Counted from the first letter of the stretch, positions 26,473-35,870 are shown. The stretch is 53,725 nucleotides of DNA from Myxococcales bacterium (GCA_037441385.1 JBBISH010000030.1:1-53725); one strand, 5' to 3'. Notes: generated by a model not told the origin, from the letters alone. Program-made: numbers and translations.

Positions 26473-27282
26473 CTACTTCAACGCCTTGGCGCCGCCGAGC
26501 CACCGCACCGGATCGCCCACCTGCAGGTCGACCCGATCCAAAGTGACCGCTGCCGCGTCGCCACCCGGCAGATGGACGCGCAGCGCCTCGGGGATCGGGA
26601 CGCCGCCGATGAGTTTGGGCTCCAACCACTCGATGCGCGACAGCGGCAGACCCTTGCGGTCATCGACTTCGCCCAGGACCCACGCGCCGTAGCGTTTGGA
26701 GAGGCCCGCTTTTAGCGGCAGCACGTCGGGACCCGCCTCGTAGCGGGGCTTGAAGCGCAGCACCGCCGTGTCGCCAAACTCGCCCTCGATGCTGGACTCG
26801 AACTGCGCGGCAAACTCGCTGGCCACAAACACGACCAGCGCGATGCCAAGCTTGGGTACCACTTGCGAGGCTTTGGCGACCGTGGCCGGCTCGGCCTTGT
26901 CGGTGGTGCGCAACCAGGCCTTGTCGCCGTCGACCACGATGCCCCAACCCTTGGCAAATGCTGGTTCTTCGAACCGCACCAACGTCCGGCCAGGCAGGTT
27001 CGCCGCTACCGGTGCCGCACGCGTGATGGTCAATCGGATCGAGCCGATCTGTTCCTTGAGGGGATGCTTGGCGGGCAGGGTGGCCGCATAGGTGGCCGAC
27101 CACGGCCTTGGCGCCGTTTGGGCGCGCGCATCCGCGAGCACCGCTGGGGCACCGCCGCGGCGAAGATCCAGCCAATCCCGGTATTTGGGCGGCGCCGCCC
27201 CCGCCACCGTCGCCGTCACGGCCGCAGCGATCGCTACGGCCAGTGGCAGCCGCCGCCGAGTCCAAGTCGGCGTGCACCGCAT
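26473..27282 (-). CDS. Exported protein, possibly LolA-like / lipoprotein-sorting fold
   Basis: Signal peptide; RTLVRFEEPAFAKGWGIVVDGDKAWL resembles outer-membrane lipoprotein-sorting proteins; TGATG coupling to the PEGA gene. Confidence 0.55.
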   Translation of the reverse strand: MRCTPTWTRRRLPLAVAIAAAVTATVAGAAPPKYRDWLDLRRGGAPAVLADARAQTAPRPWSATYAATLPAKHPLKEQIGSIRLTITRAAPVAANLPGRTLVRFEEPAFAKGWGIVVDGDKAWLRTTDKAEPATVAKASQVVPKLGIALVVFVASEFAAQFESSIEGEFGDTAVLRFKPRYEAGPDVLPLKAGLSKRYGAWVLGEVDDRKGLPLSRIEWLEPKLIGGVPIPEALRVHLPGGDAAAVTLDRVDLQVGDPVRWLGGAKALK

Positions 27283-28694
27283 CAGGGGGTGGCCGCCTTG
27301 TGCAGCTTGACCGTCACGGTGCCCTGTGCGCCTGCAGCCTCCGTCGTGGGACCGCTGGTCAAGAAGTAGATGCCGCCGCCGATGAGGCCGGCGCCTGCGG
27401 CCACAGCCGTCCAGAACCACCACTGCGTCATCACGGACTTCTTCTTCTTGTTGTCGTCATCGTCAAAGATCTTGCCGGGATCGATCTTCTCGGCCGCGGC
27501 GTGGCGGGCGCCAGCCGACTGCACCACCACGGACTGGCGCTGATCCAACGGTGTCGTCGCCACATCGGGACCCAGCTTGGCGCCCACGGTCTCGGCCAGG
27601 AAGTCGCCCAGGCGGTCGAAGTACTTGTCGTCCATGTCGATGGTCTTTTCGACCTTGCGGAACGAGCCGTCGGCGCCCAGGAACCAGCCCTGCAACTGCG
27701 TCACCTTCTTGTCTTTGGCAGGGCGCACCACCAGCATCTGGTCGGCGCCCAGCTGATTGCGCAGTTCGCGTGTCCGGTCTTCGACCACGCTCGGCTGCTT
27801 GAAGTTGGCCGCCAGCACGGCCCGACCCTGCTCGAGATCCGGGGCAAAGGTCGCGGGCTTCAGATCGAACTCCGCGGTCACGCCTTTGCCGGCCGTCACT
27901 TCCACAAAGCGGCGCTCGGCGATCTGACCGCTCTGACGGACCGTGATCCGGTGCAGGCCCACGGGCAAGCTCGACGCTTGGGCCGTGCCCGTGCCACGCC
28001 AGTCGCCATCGATCCAGATGTCGGCCTTGCCGCCGCGCGCGACGACTTTGACGTCGCCCGTAGGCCCTTTTTGCACACCGCCCGCGGCCGCCGTGTACAG
28101 CTCTTTGGCCTGGCTACCGTAGGCCGCGTACTCCTCTTCTTTTTGCGTGCGCACCAGCACCAGCGACTTGACCAGGGCATCGCGCGCCGGCAGCAGATCG
28201 CCCACCGCCAACAGCGCGAGAGCCTGCGCCTTGTACAAGCGCGCGTAGAGCCGCTCGTCGCCGGCCTGCGGAGCCTCTTTCAGCTTGCCGGCCGCGGCCA
28301 TCAGGCGCTCTTGGGCTCGCTTGGGCGTCCGGAGCAACAGGGCGCGCAGCGCGTCTTCGATGTTGTCGGCGGCGATCACTTCGTTCTCGGCGTTGGCCAG
28401 GGGCGACAGCTCGAAGGGCCGCACGGTGTCCAGCCGGCCGGCCGCGTCGCCCAGCAGACGTTCCAAAGCCTCGGCGTCGTCACCGCCCTTCTTGGGGCCG
28501 GGCACCACCACCACCGCCAACGTCGAGTTGATGGCCGCTTGGGCGCTCGCCTGGGCCACGTAGCTCCCGCCGCGCAGCATCGACCAGAAATGCACGTCGG
28601 TCAGCGTCGCCGCCGCCAGCCAGGCCATACCCACGCGGGCAACTCGGCCGCGCAGCAGATTGAGGGGTGAATTCATCGGTGTATCTCGTGTCAT
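27282..28694 (-). CDS. PEGA-domain protein with C-terminal membrane anchor
   Basis: GKADIWIDGDWRG...LPVGLHRITVRQSG PEGA motif; helical TPR-like N-region; C-terminal QWWFWTAVAAGAGLIGGGIYFL. Confidence 0.82.
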   Translation of the reverse strand: MTRDTPMNSPLNLLRGRVARVGMAWLAAATLTDVHFWSMLRGGSYVAQASAQAAINSTLAVVVVPGPKKGGDDAEALERLLGDAAGRLDTVRPFELSPLANAENEVIAADNIEDALRALLLRTPKRAQERLMAAAGKLKEAPQAGDERLYARLYKAQALALLAVGDLLPARDALVKSLVLVRTQKEEEYAAYGSQAKELYTAAAGGVQKGPTGDVKVVARGGKADIWIDGDWRGTGTAQASSLPVGLHRITVRQSGQIAERRFVEVTAGKGVTAEFDLKPATFAPDLEQGRAVLAANFKQPSVVEDRTRELRNQLGADQMLVVRPAKDKKVTQLQGWFLGADGSFRKVEKTIDMDDKYFDRLGDFLAETVGAKLGPDVATTPLDQRQSVVVQSAGARHAAAEKIDPGKIFDDDDNKKKKSVMTQWWFWTAVAAGAGLIGGGIYFLTSGPTTEAAGAQGTVTVKLHKAATP

Positions 28695-28770
28695 AGGCTC
28701 ACCGTGTCGGCTCCCTGGGTGGGCGCAAGGCGTCGGGGTCGGTCGTTCGCCGGTCTTCGGCGCGCGACCA

Positions 28771-30600
28771 CTAGGGAACCAGGAACTTGGGGCAATACAC
28801 GTCGCTCACGGCTGGCTGGGTCGAGGACAGCGCCCCAGCCGCCAACTGGCTGGCGCCGCCGAACATCAACACGCAATCGTTGCGCAGGGTCAGGGCGCTG
28901 TGGCCGCCGCGTTTGATGAAAGCGCCGCTGCCCGCCAGCTTGTCCTTGCCGAGCAACTTCTGCGTGGCCAGGTCGAAGTACTGCATCGAGAAGCTGGCCG
29001 GCGCGTTGTACGCGGTAAAGCCACCCGAAATCAGCACTTGCGCCGGACCGCTTAGGTTGGACTGGTGCATGTAGACGCCGCTGGCCAAGCCCGACACCCG
29101 CTTGGGCGTGACGCGGCGCTTGGTGTGCAGGGTGTCGCTGGGCTCGCGCACTTCCAGCAGATAGGCGTCGTCCAGGCTGGGCGCCTTCCACACGGCTGGG
29201 CTGGCGAACGGATCGTAGCGCGCACCGCCCAAGACCAAGAACGTAAAGGTCTCTGGCTGGCCTTCTGCCACCGTGCGCTTGACCTGGGTCAGCGTGGGGA
29301 AGAAGAGCGACGACTTGGTGTCGTAGCTCTTGTCGCCCGCGTCCAATACAAAGTCGCTGTACATAGCACCCGTGCCGGGTTCGGTCGACTCGACGAATAC
29401 TTCGCCGTGCAGAATCTCGCTGGGCGTGGGGCAGTCGCCTGGGCCTGCCGTGGTGGGGCAGAAGTGCTGGTCGATGGTTGCACCACCCCAAATGAAGTAG
29501 CGCGCCGTGCCGTTGGCGGTCGGGGCCATGTAAGCCACGGCGGCGCCGGCGCGGACGGCGTTCAGCTGCAGCGCGTTGCCCGCATCTTCAAAGTGGCCCG
29601 TCTTTTCGGTACCCGAGTGCTTGCTGGTAAAGCGATCGCTCTTGGCATAGTCGTCGCTGGACGAAATCGGCCACGGCGCGCCGCCCATCGCCACCACATA
29701 GTCGTCGGTCAGCGCGATCAGGTTGGCGAACACGCGCTTCCTGCAGTTGGCGCCGTAGTTGGCCCCTTCGATGAACGTCTTGGTCGCGACGTCAAAGACC
29801 TCGTAGGTCAGGCCCACGCCATCGGCGGCCTGCCACTGCGGCGGCCCGTCGGTCGGCACGCTCATCTTGGTGGTGCCGCCCACGATCAGAACCTGATTCA
29901 GCTTGGGCAAGTAGATCATCGAGTGACCTGCGCGAGCCGCCTTCATGGTCACTGGCAGCTTCTCGAACGTGCCCATGTTCGTGTCAAAGATGTACGCAGA
30001 ATCGCTGGGTTTCTCTAGCGTGGTCACCGCGCCGTTGGCCGTGGCATTGCCAAAGCCGCCGGTGATGAGCACGCGCCCGGCATCCATCGAGGCGGTGGCC
30101 GCAAACACCGCATTGGGCATCTGCGGCGCGCCCACGCAGGTAAAGGCGTCCAGCGCCATCATGGTCATGTGCAGCTCTGTCGTTTCGTTCTTCTTGATGT
30201 TGACGCCGTTGCGCCGCCCGTACCACTTGGCATTGCCGGCGCCGTCGACACCCAGCAACGTCACTTCGCGCGGCCCGCCGGCCGGAATGGCGGGGAAACT
30301 GGCCGAGTCCGAACCCGCGCCCAGGCTGGCCACTGCGGCATTCTTGAGCGTGTTCTGCATGTTGCCGCCCACGTTCTCGCGGACTTTCAACTGCAGGGTC
30401 TTGATTTCGCCAAGCGGATCACCCGCCGCCCCGCCGCACGTGGCCAACGCAGCGACCTGTACGCCGACTAGCGCCAATTCGGCCGTCGGCTCGGGATCTT
30501 GGGCGCAACCCGTGGCGCCGAGCGCCGTCCCGAGTGCAAGGGCGCCGGACAGCAGCGGCGCCAAGACCGGAGAGTGTTGGAAGTCGAGGTACTGTGGCAT
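28771..30600 (-). CDS. Kelch/galactose-oxidase-like beta-propeller lipoprotein
   Basis: Lipobox ATGC; repeated VLITGG, ARAGHS..VLIVGG, VVAMGG, VLISGG, RGGHSA..VLMFGG. Confidence 0.78.
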   Translation of the reverse strand: MPQYLDFQHSPVLAPLLSGALALGTALGATGCAQDPEPTAELALVGVQVAALATCGGAAGDPLGEIKTLQLKVRENVGGNMQNTLKNAAVASLGAGSDSASFPAIPAGGPREVTLLGVDGAGNAKWYGRRNGVNIKKNETTELHMTMMALDAFTCVGAPQMPNAVFAATASMDAGRVLITGGFGNATANGAVTTLEKPSDSAYIFDTNMGTFEKLPVTMKAARAGHSMIYLPKLNQVLIVGGTTKMSVPTDGPPQWQAADGVGLTYEVFDVATKTFIEGANYGANCRKRVFANLIALTDDYVVAMGGAPWPISSSDDYAKSDRFTSKHSGTEKTGHFEDAGNALQLNAVRAGAAVAYMAPTANGTARYFIWGGATIDQHFCPTTAGPGDCPTPSEILHGEVFVESTEPGTGAMYSDFVLDAGDKSYDTKSSLFFPTLTQVKRTVAEGQPETFTFLVLGGARYDPFASPAVWKAPSLDDAYLLEVREPSDTLHTKRRVTPKRVSGLASGVYMHQSNLSGPAQVLISGGFTAYNAPASFSMQYFDLATQKLLGKDKLAGSGAFIKRGGHSALTLRNDCVLMFGGASQLAAGALSSTQPAVSDVYCPKFLVP

Positions 30601-30680
30601 TCTCTCACCTTCTGTGGCGCCGTGGGCCGCGGGCCCGGACGACGATCGCGGCGCGCCGGGGTTCGGCTGCGCCGTGCTGC

Positions 30681-31361
30681 CTAAAATGGCGTCAGAAATA
30701 CGATTTTTTGCACTCCGTCGGCGAGGCCAACGGTGATCGGCGGCGGCGATTGCCGCGGATCCTTGGTCACGATGTAGTACATGGTGCCTTCGTCGCGAAA
30801 GCCGGTCCGGCAGATCACGAAGTCCGGCTTGCCGGGTTCGACCGTGTACTTGCCGACGTTGGCGCGCACGCGCCCCCAGTAGTTCTCTTTGATTTCGCGG
30901 GCGTTCTTGGTCGAGGGGAACAGCGCGATGAACTGCGCCAACGCCTCTTCGGTATCTGGGCCTTGCGCGAGCTGGTACATGCGCCAAATCACGGCCTCGG
31001 GGCTGCCCGCTTCGGGCGCGCTGACGCGCCGATTCACGTCGCAAAGACCGCCCTTTTGTTTGAGTTCGTTGCCACTTGCCGTGCGCTCGGCCGCCTGCTT
31101 GGACTCGCCAACGGCCTGCGATGCGCCCACGGTGGTGTTTTGATTGCACGCCGCAAGCAGCGCAAGCAGCGCGAGCAACAGGCCAAGCCCGGTTTTCTTT
31201 GCGCCGGCCGCCGCCACGTCCGCGATCGACCTGGCGCTTGTGGCTCCGATCGAGGTGGCCGTCCCGGCTCCACTTGCGGCCGCGTCCCCGGATCGTTGCG
31301 ACGCAGAGGATCGTTGCGGCGCAGAGGATCGTTGCGGCGCAGACCGGCGAGTTGAAGTCAT
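30681..31361 (-). CDS. Hypothetical lipoprotein
   Basis: Hydrophobic segment with lipobox LAAC, then a compact domain (WGRVRANVGKY...PPPITV...KIVFLTPF). The true start may lie downstream of 31361. Confidence 0.7.
   Translation of the reverse strand: MTSTRRSAPQRSSAPQRSSASQRSGDAAASGAGTATSIGATSARSIADVAAAGAKKTGLGLLLALLALLAACNQNTTVGASQAVGESKQAAERTASGNELKQKGGLCDVNRRVSAPEAGSPEAVIWRMYQLAQGPDTEEALAQFIALFPSTKNAREIKENYWGRVRANVGKYTVEPGKPDFVICRTGFRDEGTMYYIVTKDPRQSPPPITVGLADGVQKIVFLTPF
31290..31343. repeat. Three 18-bp tandem repeats
   Basis: GGATCGTTGCG(A/G)CGCAGA at 31290, 31308 and 31326; each contains the mini-palindrome TGCG-n-CGCA. Confidence 0.85.
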
Positions 31362-31571
31362 GGGTCGGCCTCGGCTGGGCGCCTGAGGGGCAGGCGCAGG
31401 GTGACGGTTCTATCGCAATCCCACCGCAATGATCCCAGGTACTTGGCGCTGCGTGTGCCCGCGCCTGGACCGTACACGCCCGCCGCGGCTCCGCGAGCCT
31501 CGGCAGAATACCACGCTTTGACGGGACCCACCACTGGGCGACGGCCCAGGGCAAATCGGCACAACCGATCT

Positions 31572-31600
31572 TTCGCGTTGGCCAGGGCCTGGTGTATAGT
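31572..31600 (+). promoter_or_regulatory. Putative promoter for the kinase operon
   Basis: TATAGT at 31595-31600 with a weak -35 (TTCGCG) 17 nt upstream. Confidence 0.4.
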
Positions 31601-32049
31601 TCATCGTTGGCGCCGAGAGACCGGTTGCCAAGGTTGCTGCGTCTACGTCGTGGTCGGTCGGCTGTGCGCCGCCGAAAGACGCCAACGAAGAGGTGGTTTC
31701 CTACGCTCGGCGCAGCCGCCGTGGTCCCGTTCGACTTGGCTCAGCGGCTCACGTGGGTTGCGCGGCAAACGGGCCGCTCTACCACATGCGGGGTGCCGCA
31801 AGCGCCGGCGCGGCGTGCGCCAAAGTCTGGCGGTGCCGCAAGTACCGTGCTGGACCGGCTAGGCCGCCCGACCGCGCAGACCGCCATATGGCGTACGCTG
31901 CGGTCTTGCGTGCCACCCCGGCAGCACAGACGTGAGTCATCAACGCCACTCGGGCCTAGCCCGCATCGCGTTTGGCGCAACGAGAACGAATCGAGCTGGC
32001 CGACGAGCTGGCACAGAAGCTGGCGCGCAAGCTGGCACTGGGCGAACGA

Positions 32050-33891
32050 ATGGAAGGGTCGAATCTGACTGGAAAAATTCTGGCCGGCCGCTACAAGCTG
32101 ATCAAGCTCATCGGCCAGGGCGGCATGGGTTCGGTCTACCAAGGCCACGACCAGCAGATGTCGAACCGCGTGGTTGCGATCAAGATTCTGGCACCGCATC
32201 TGGTGTCCGACGAAAAGCAGGTCGCGCGCTTTGAGCAAGAGGCGCGCGCCGCCAACCAGTTGCGCCACCCCAACACCATCAGCGTCATCGACTTTGGCCA
32301 ATCGGACGGCCACATCTACATGGTGATGGAGTTCCTGACTGGCGAACCCCTGACCCACGTCATGCGTCGCGGGCGCATGGAGACGGCGCGAGCGCTGTAC
32401 ATGATTCGCCAGGTGCTCAAGTCGCTGGCCGAGGCGCACGCCAAGGGCATCATCCACCGCGACCTGAAGCCGGACAACATCTTTGTGTGCGACATCTATG
32501 GCGAAAAGGACTTCGTCAAGGTCATCGACTTTGGCATCGCCAAGTTCCTGGAAGCTGGCGGTGCCGAGCTGACTCAAGCCGGCAAGATGTTTGGCACGCC
32601 CCGTTACCTCTCGCCCGAGCAAGCGCAAGGGCTGCCGTTGTCGGCCGCCAGCGATCTGTACTCGTTGGGCGTGATCTTGTTCGAGATGTTGTCCGGTCGC
32701 CCGCCATTTGTCGCCGAAGACCCGATCGCGGTCGCGATCAAGCACGTGCAGGAGCAGCCCCCGTCGTTTGCCGAGGTGGCGCCCGACCTGTATGTGCCCG
32801 ACGAACTCGATCACATGGTCTTCAAGCTGCTGAGCAAGAAGGCTGTGCAACGCTTCCAGAGTTCAGAGGAAGTGCTCGAAGCGATCGATCAGGTGCTGGG
32901 TGCTCTGTCCATGCAACGGCATCCGTCGGGGCAGTTCAACCAGGTAGGCAATCGCACCCCTGGTCGGCCCATGACCGTGCCGCCGCCGTCGCGCCGTTCG
33001 CAGCCGCCGCCGTCCAAGCAAGACGACGACGCCGATGCGACCCGGACCTTGGACACTCTGCAGGCCGAGCAGGGCGGTGAACCAGCGCGCACCATGGCGT
33101 TGGATACCTCGTCGGCGGGGCCGGTGGGGGCATCGGCCACCGCCAACGCTGCCACAATGGCCTTGGACATGGCCGATGCGCGCTCGCGGGTCGAGTCCAT
33201 GGCCGCGGACAAGCGGGCCAATCAAAAGGCCGAGACCAAGGCAACCGCCGCGGCGCACACCGGGCCGTCGATGCGCAACCTGGTGCTGCTGCTCATCGTT
33301 GCTGTGCTGGTGGTGGGCGCCGTGGTGGTCACCGTGTTCGGCGGCAAAGACGAGAGCAAGGCGCTCCCGCCTGCGCCGGCCACCGCTGAGCGCGCCGATC
33401 CGAGTGGAGGTGAGCCCAGCAAGGCCAGCAAGGCCGAGGCGCCCGAGCCCAGCAAAGCCGAGCCCAGCAAAGCCGAGCCCAGCAAAGCCGAACCGCCCAA
33501 AGCCGAGGAGCCCAAGGCTGCGGCCGAAGCACCCAAGGCCGAGCCCCCAGCGGCTGCGCCCGCCGGTGCCGACGCAGGCGCCGCGCCCAGCAACCCGACC
33601 GTCGCCGCGGCTGCGCCAGAAGTACGCAAGATGACGCTGGAATCGACGCCGGCTGGCGCCGTCGTGCTCGTCGACGGTAAGGAAGTGGGCAAGACGCCGG
33701 CCCAGCTAGAGCTCAAGAAGGGCGGCGGCCAGAAGGTGCTGGTCAAGAAAGACGGCTTCGACGACTTCCCAGTGGAGTTTGAAGTGCTGTACACCTTGGC
33801 GCCGATCAAGCCGGTGTATTCGGTGGCACTTACGGCGTCGAAGTCGGTGATCAACAAGGTGGCGCCCAAGAAGAAGAAGGTGGAGTGGTGA
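32050..33891 (+). CDS. Transmembrane Ser/Thr protein kinase with extracytoplasmic PEGA domain
   Basis: IGQGGMGSVY, VAIK, HRDLKPDN, DFG, GTPRYLSPE, SDLYSLG; TM helix LVLLLIVAVLVVGAVVVTVF; ESTPAGAVVLVDGKEVGKTP. Alternative start TTG at 31972. Confidence 0.93.
   Translation: MEGSNLTGKILAGRYKLIKLIGQGGMGSVYQGHDQQMSNRVVAIKILAPHLVSDEKQVARFEQEARAANQLRHPNTISVIDFGQSDGHIYMVMEFLTGEPLTHVMRRGRMETARALYMIRQVLKSLAEAHAKGIIHRDLKPDNIFVCDIYGEKDFVKVIDFGIAKFLEAGGAELTQAGKMFGTPRYLSPEQAQGLPLSAASDLYSLGVILFEMLSGRPPFVAEDPIAVAIKHVQEQPPSFAEVAPDLYVPDELDHMVFKLLSKKAVQRFQSSEEVLEAIDQVLGALSMQRHPSGQFNQVGNRTPGRPMTVPPPSRRSQPPPSKQDDDADATRTLDTLQAEQGGEPARTMALDTSSAGPVGASATANAATMALDMADARSRVESMAADKRANQKAETKATAAAHTGPSMRNLVLLLIVAVLVVGAVVVTVFGGKDESKALPPAPATAERADPSGGEPSKASKAEAPEPSKAEPSKAEPSKAEPPKAEEPKAAAEAPKAEPPAAAPAGADAGAAPSNPTVAAAAPEVRKMTLESTPAGAVVLVDGKEVGKTPAQLELKKGGGQKVLVKKDGFDDFPVEFEVLYTLAPIKPVYSVALTASKSVINKVAPKKKKVEW
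33445..33489 (+). repeat. Coding 15-bp tandem repeat (EPSKA x3)
   Basis: Three exact copies of GAGCCCAGCAAAGCC with degenerate flanking copies. Confidence 0.85.
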
Positions 33892-34021
33892 TGCCAACTC
33901 GGCCGAAATCGGATCGAAGTCCGGGCAATTCTGCGGGATCGATCTGGGGTTACCGCCTGAATCTTGCTGATCGCGAAACGGGAATACGAAGCCGAGCAGG
34001 CGTGAATCCGATGGGGTGCGT

Positions 34022-35191
34022 ATGATGACCTCGATTCGCTCTTTGGCACCATGGACCGGCGTGCGCAACCTGCGCGGATTGCTGGTGTCGACCGCGTTGC
34101 TTGCGGCGACGCTGCTTGGCGCCACCGCAATCCGCCCCAGCACGGCGTGGGCCGGCGACAACGAAGAGCGGGCCAACGCGATTTACAAGGAGGCGAAAAG
34201 CCGCTTTGACAATCGCGAATTCCCCAAGGCCGTGGAACTGGCGACGCAAGCCGAGCGGATCTTCCCGCACCCCGCCATCACCTTGCTCAAGGGCCGGGCG
34301 CTGCGCGCGGTGGGCAAGCTCCGCGAAGCCGAAGAAGCCTACAAGGCCGTGCGCGAGAAGTTGAATCAGCTGCCCAAACCGCTGCTGCACACGCTCACGG
34401 ACGAACTGCTCGCCGTTTCGGAAGAAATGCGCAAGAAGGGTGAACTCAAGGTCGAAGTGCAGCCGCTCGAGGCGCGTCTGTTCGTCGATGGCTCGGATGC
34501 GGAGAACCCCTTTGGGCGGTGGCTGCTCCCCGGCAAGCACACGATCGAAGCGGGCCTGCCCGGCAAAAAGCCCGTGGTCCGCGACGTGGAACTACGCGCG
34601 GGTGACACGACCGAGCTGAAGTTGGACCTGCGGCAGAAGGACGGTCGGCTGGCGATCGTGGTGCCGGGCGGTCTCAAGGGCGTGGAAGTGCGCATCGATG
34701 GGCGCCTGGTCGACATCGAGGAAGGCGTACGCGCGGGCGACAAGGTGCCGACGCGCACGCTGGAGCCCGGCACCCACGAGGTGTCGTGCAAGCGCGGCGT
34801 CAAGCAGGTCGGCCGGGCGATCGAAGTTCCGCCCGATGCCGAAGTGGCTGTGCGCTGCGAGGGACTGGAAGGCGGCATGGATGCGGCCGGCGCAGGGATG
34901 AAGGCCGTGGGCTGGGGCGGCGTGGCCGTGGGCACCGGCATCATGGGCTACGGGCTGTATGGGTTGGGCTCGTATGTGTCGGATCTACAGGACTCGCGCG
35001 GCATCGCCTCGACGAACAAGCACTGGCTGGGCTCGACGCTGACGCTGGTAGGCGCCGGCACGGCCGCGGCCAGCTACTTCCTGCTGCTCCGCGACGGCGG
35101 CGGGGCTACTGCACGGAATCACGCGGTTCCTGACGACAGCCGCGCGCCGCTGTTGGCGGCGATGCCCGCGGGGGCCGAAAGCCGACCTTGA
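34022..35191 (+). CDS. TPR-PEGA domain protein with C-terminal hydrophobic hairpin
   Basis: Signal peptide ending AWA; TPR-like helices; EVQPLEARLFVDG..LLPGKHTIE and a second PEGA-like unit; two C-terminal hydrophobic segments. Confidence 0.8.
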   Translation: MMTSIRSLAPWTGVRNLRGLLVSTALLAATLLGATAIRPSTAWAGDNEERANAIYKEAKSRFDNREFPKAVELATQAERIFPHPAITLLKGRALRAVGKLREAEEAYKAVREKLNQLPKPLLHTLTDELLAVSEEMRKKGELKVEVQPLEARLFVDGSDAENPFGRWLLPGKHTIEAGLPGKKPVVRDVELRAGDTTELKLDLRQKDGRLAIVVPGGLKGVEVRIDGRLVDIEEGVRAGDKVPTRTLEPGTHEVSCKRGVKQVGRAIEVPPDAEVAVRCEGLEGGMDAAGAGMKAVGWGGVAVGTGIMGYGLYGLGSYVSDLQDSRGIASTNKHWLGSTLTLVGAGTAAASYFLLLRDGGGATARNHAVPDDSRAPLLAAMPAGAESRP

Positions 35192-35220
35192 CCGCGCAGG
35201 TGGCCGGCGTGAAAGCGGAA

Positions 35221-35262
35221 ATGGCTGGGCTCTGTCCCGATATGGCTGGGCCCTGTCCCGAT
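35221..35262. repeat. Two 21-bp direct repeats containing CTGTCCC (GGGACAG on the minus strand)
   Basis: ATGGCTGGGCTCTGTCCCGAT / ATGGCTGGGCCCTGTCCCGAT, intergenic. Confidence 0.8.
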
Positions 35263-35348
35263 GGTGTTGCGAAAGCGATCGGGTCTGCCGGTGTATCACT
35301 CGGCAACCAGGCGACCTGCATGGACTTGAACTCATTTGGGCGCCGAGC

Positions 35349-35858
35349 ATGACGGTACACCTTGATCCCGATCGCCCCGGTCAGCCCGGTCGCGCCGATG
35401 CCGCGCACGAGGCGCGGTGCCGCCGCTGTGGCGTCAGCTGCCACGTCGCCGTGCCGACCGACCACCGCGGCGCGGTGGTGGTCCCTGGATTTCACTGCGT
35501 GTTTCTGCGCCGAGAGCCTGATGGTAAATTCGGCTGCAGTGTGTACGCCGATCGCTTTGCCAAGGCGCCCTGGTGCCACCACGCCGACGTCGCCGCGCCC
35601 CTGGGATACCTGGCGACGGACTGCCCGTATGGCTCGCCAGAGGGCGGCGGCAAGGTCGCCCTGAACGAAGACGAATTTGCCAAGGTGTGGCCCGAGATCT
35701 TGCTCAAGCTGCGTTCGTGGGGCGTGCCCGCCTACATCGACCGCCAGGCCTTGCTGGACGAGGTGGCGCGGCGCACCAACCGGCGCTGGGCGCTTGAGCC
35801 GTGGCCCGGCGACGAAGAACGGCTGCGGCTGCGCAGCGTCGCGGCGCTCGTCGCGTAG
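35349..35858 (+). CDS. YkgJ/CxxCxxCC-like cysteine-cluster (Zn or Fe-S) protein
   Basis: CRRCGVSCH, HCVFL, CSVYADR, WC, CPY. Confidence 0.7.
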   Translation: MTVHLDPDRPGQPGRADAAHEARCRRCGVSCHVAVPTDHRGAVVVPGFHCVFLRREPDGKFGCSVYADRFAKAPWCHHADVAAPLGYLATDCPYGSPEGGGKVALNEDEFAKVWPEILLKLRSWGVPAYIDRQALLDEVARRTNRRWALEPWPGDEERLRLRSVAALVA

Positions 35859-35870
35859 GACAGGAGCCCC

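Noticed and set aside
31290..31343. Repeats here and at 35221-35262 considered as mini-CRISPR arrays
   Set aside because: The copies are directly adjacent with no spacers, and there are no cas genes.
28771..31554. ORF-track N-terminal extensions (927 aa Kelch ORF, 998 aa at 16757-19753, 514 aa proC ORF, 552 aa pyrD ORF, 715 aa hutH ORF) as fusions
   Set aside because: The extensions overlap neighbouring real genes in other frames. Downstream starts with an RBS, signal peptide or family N-terminus fit better.
31547..31580. AGGGCAAA followed by a small hairpin, resembling a c-di-GMP-I riboswitch start
   Set aside because: It lacks the GNRA loop, the GACGCAAA segment and the second stem with a tetraloop receptor.
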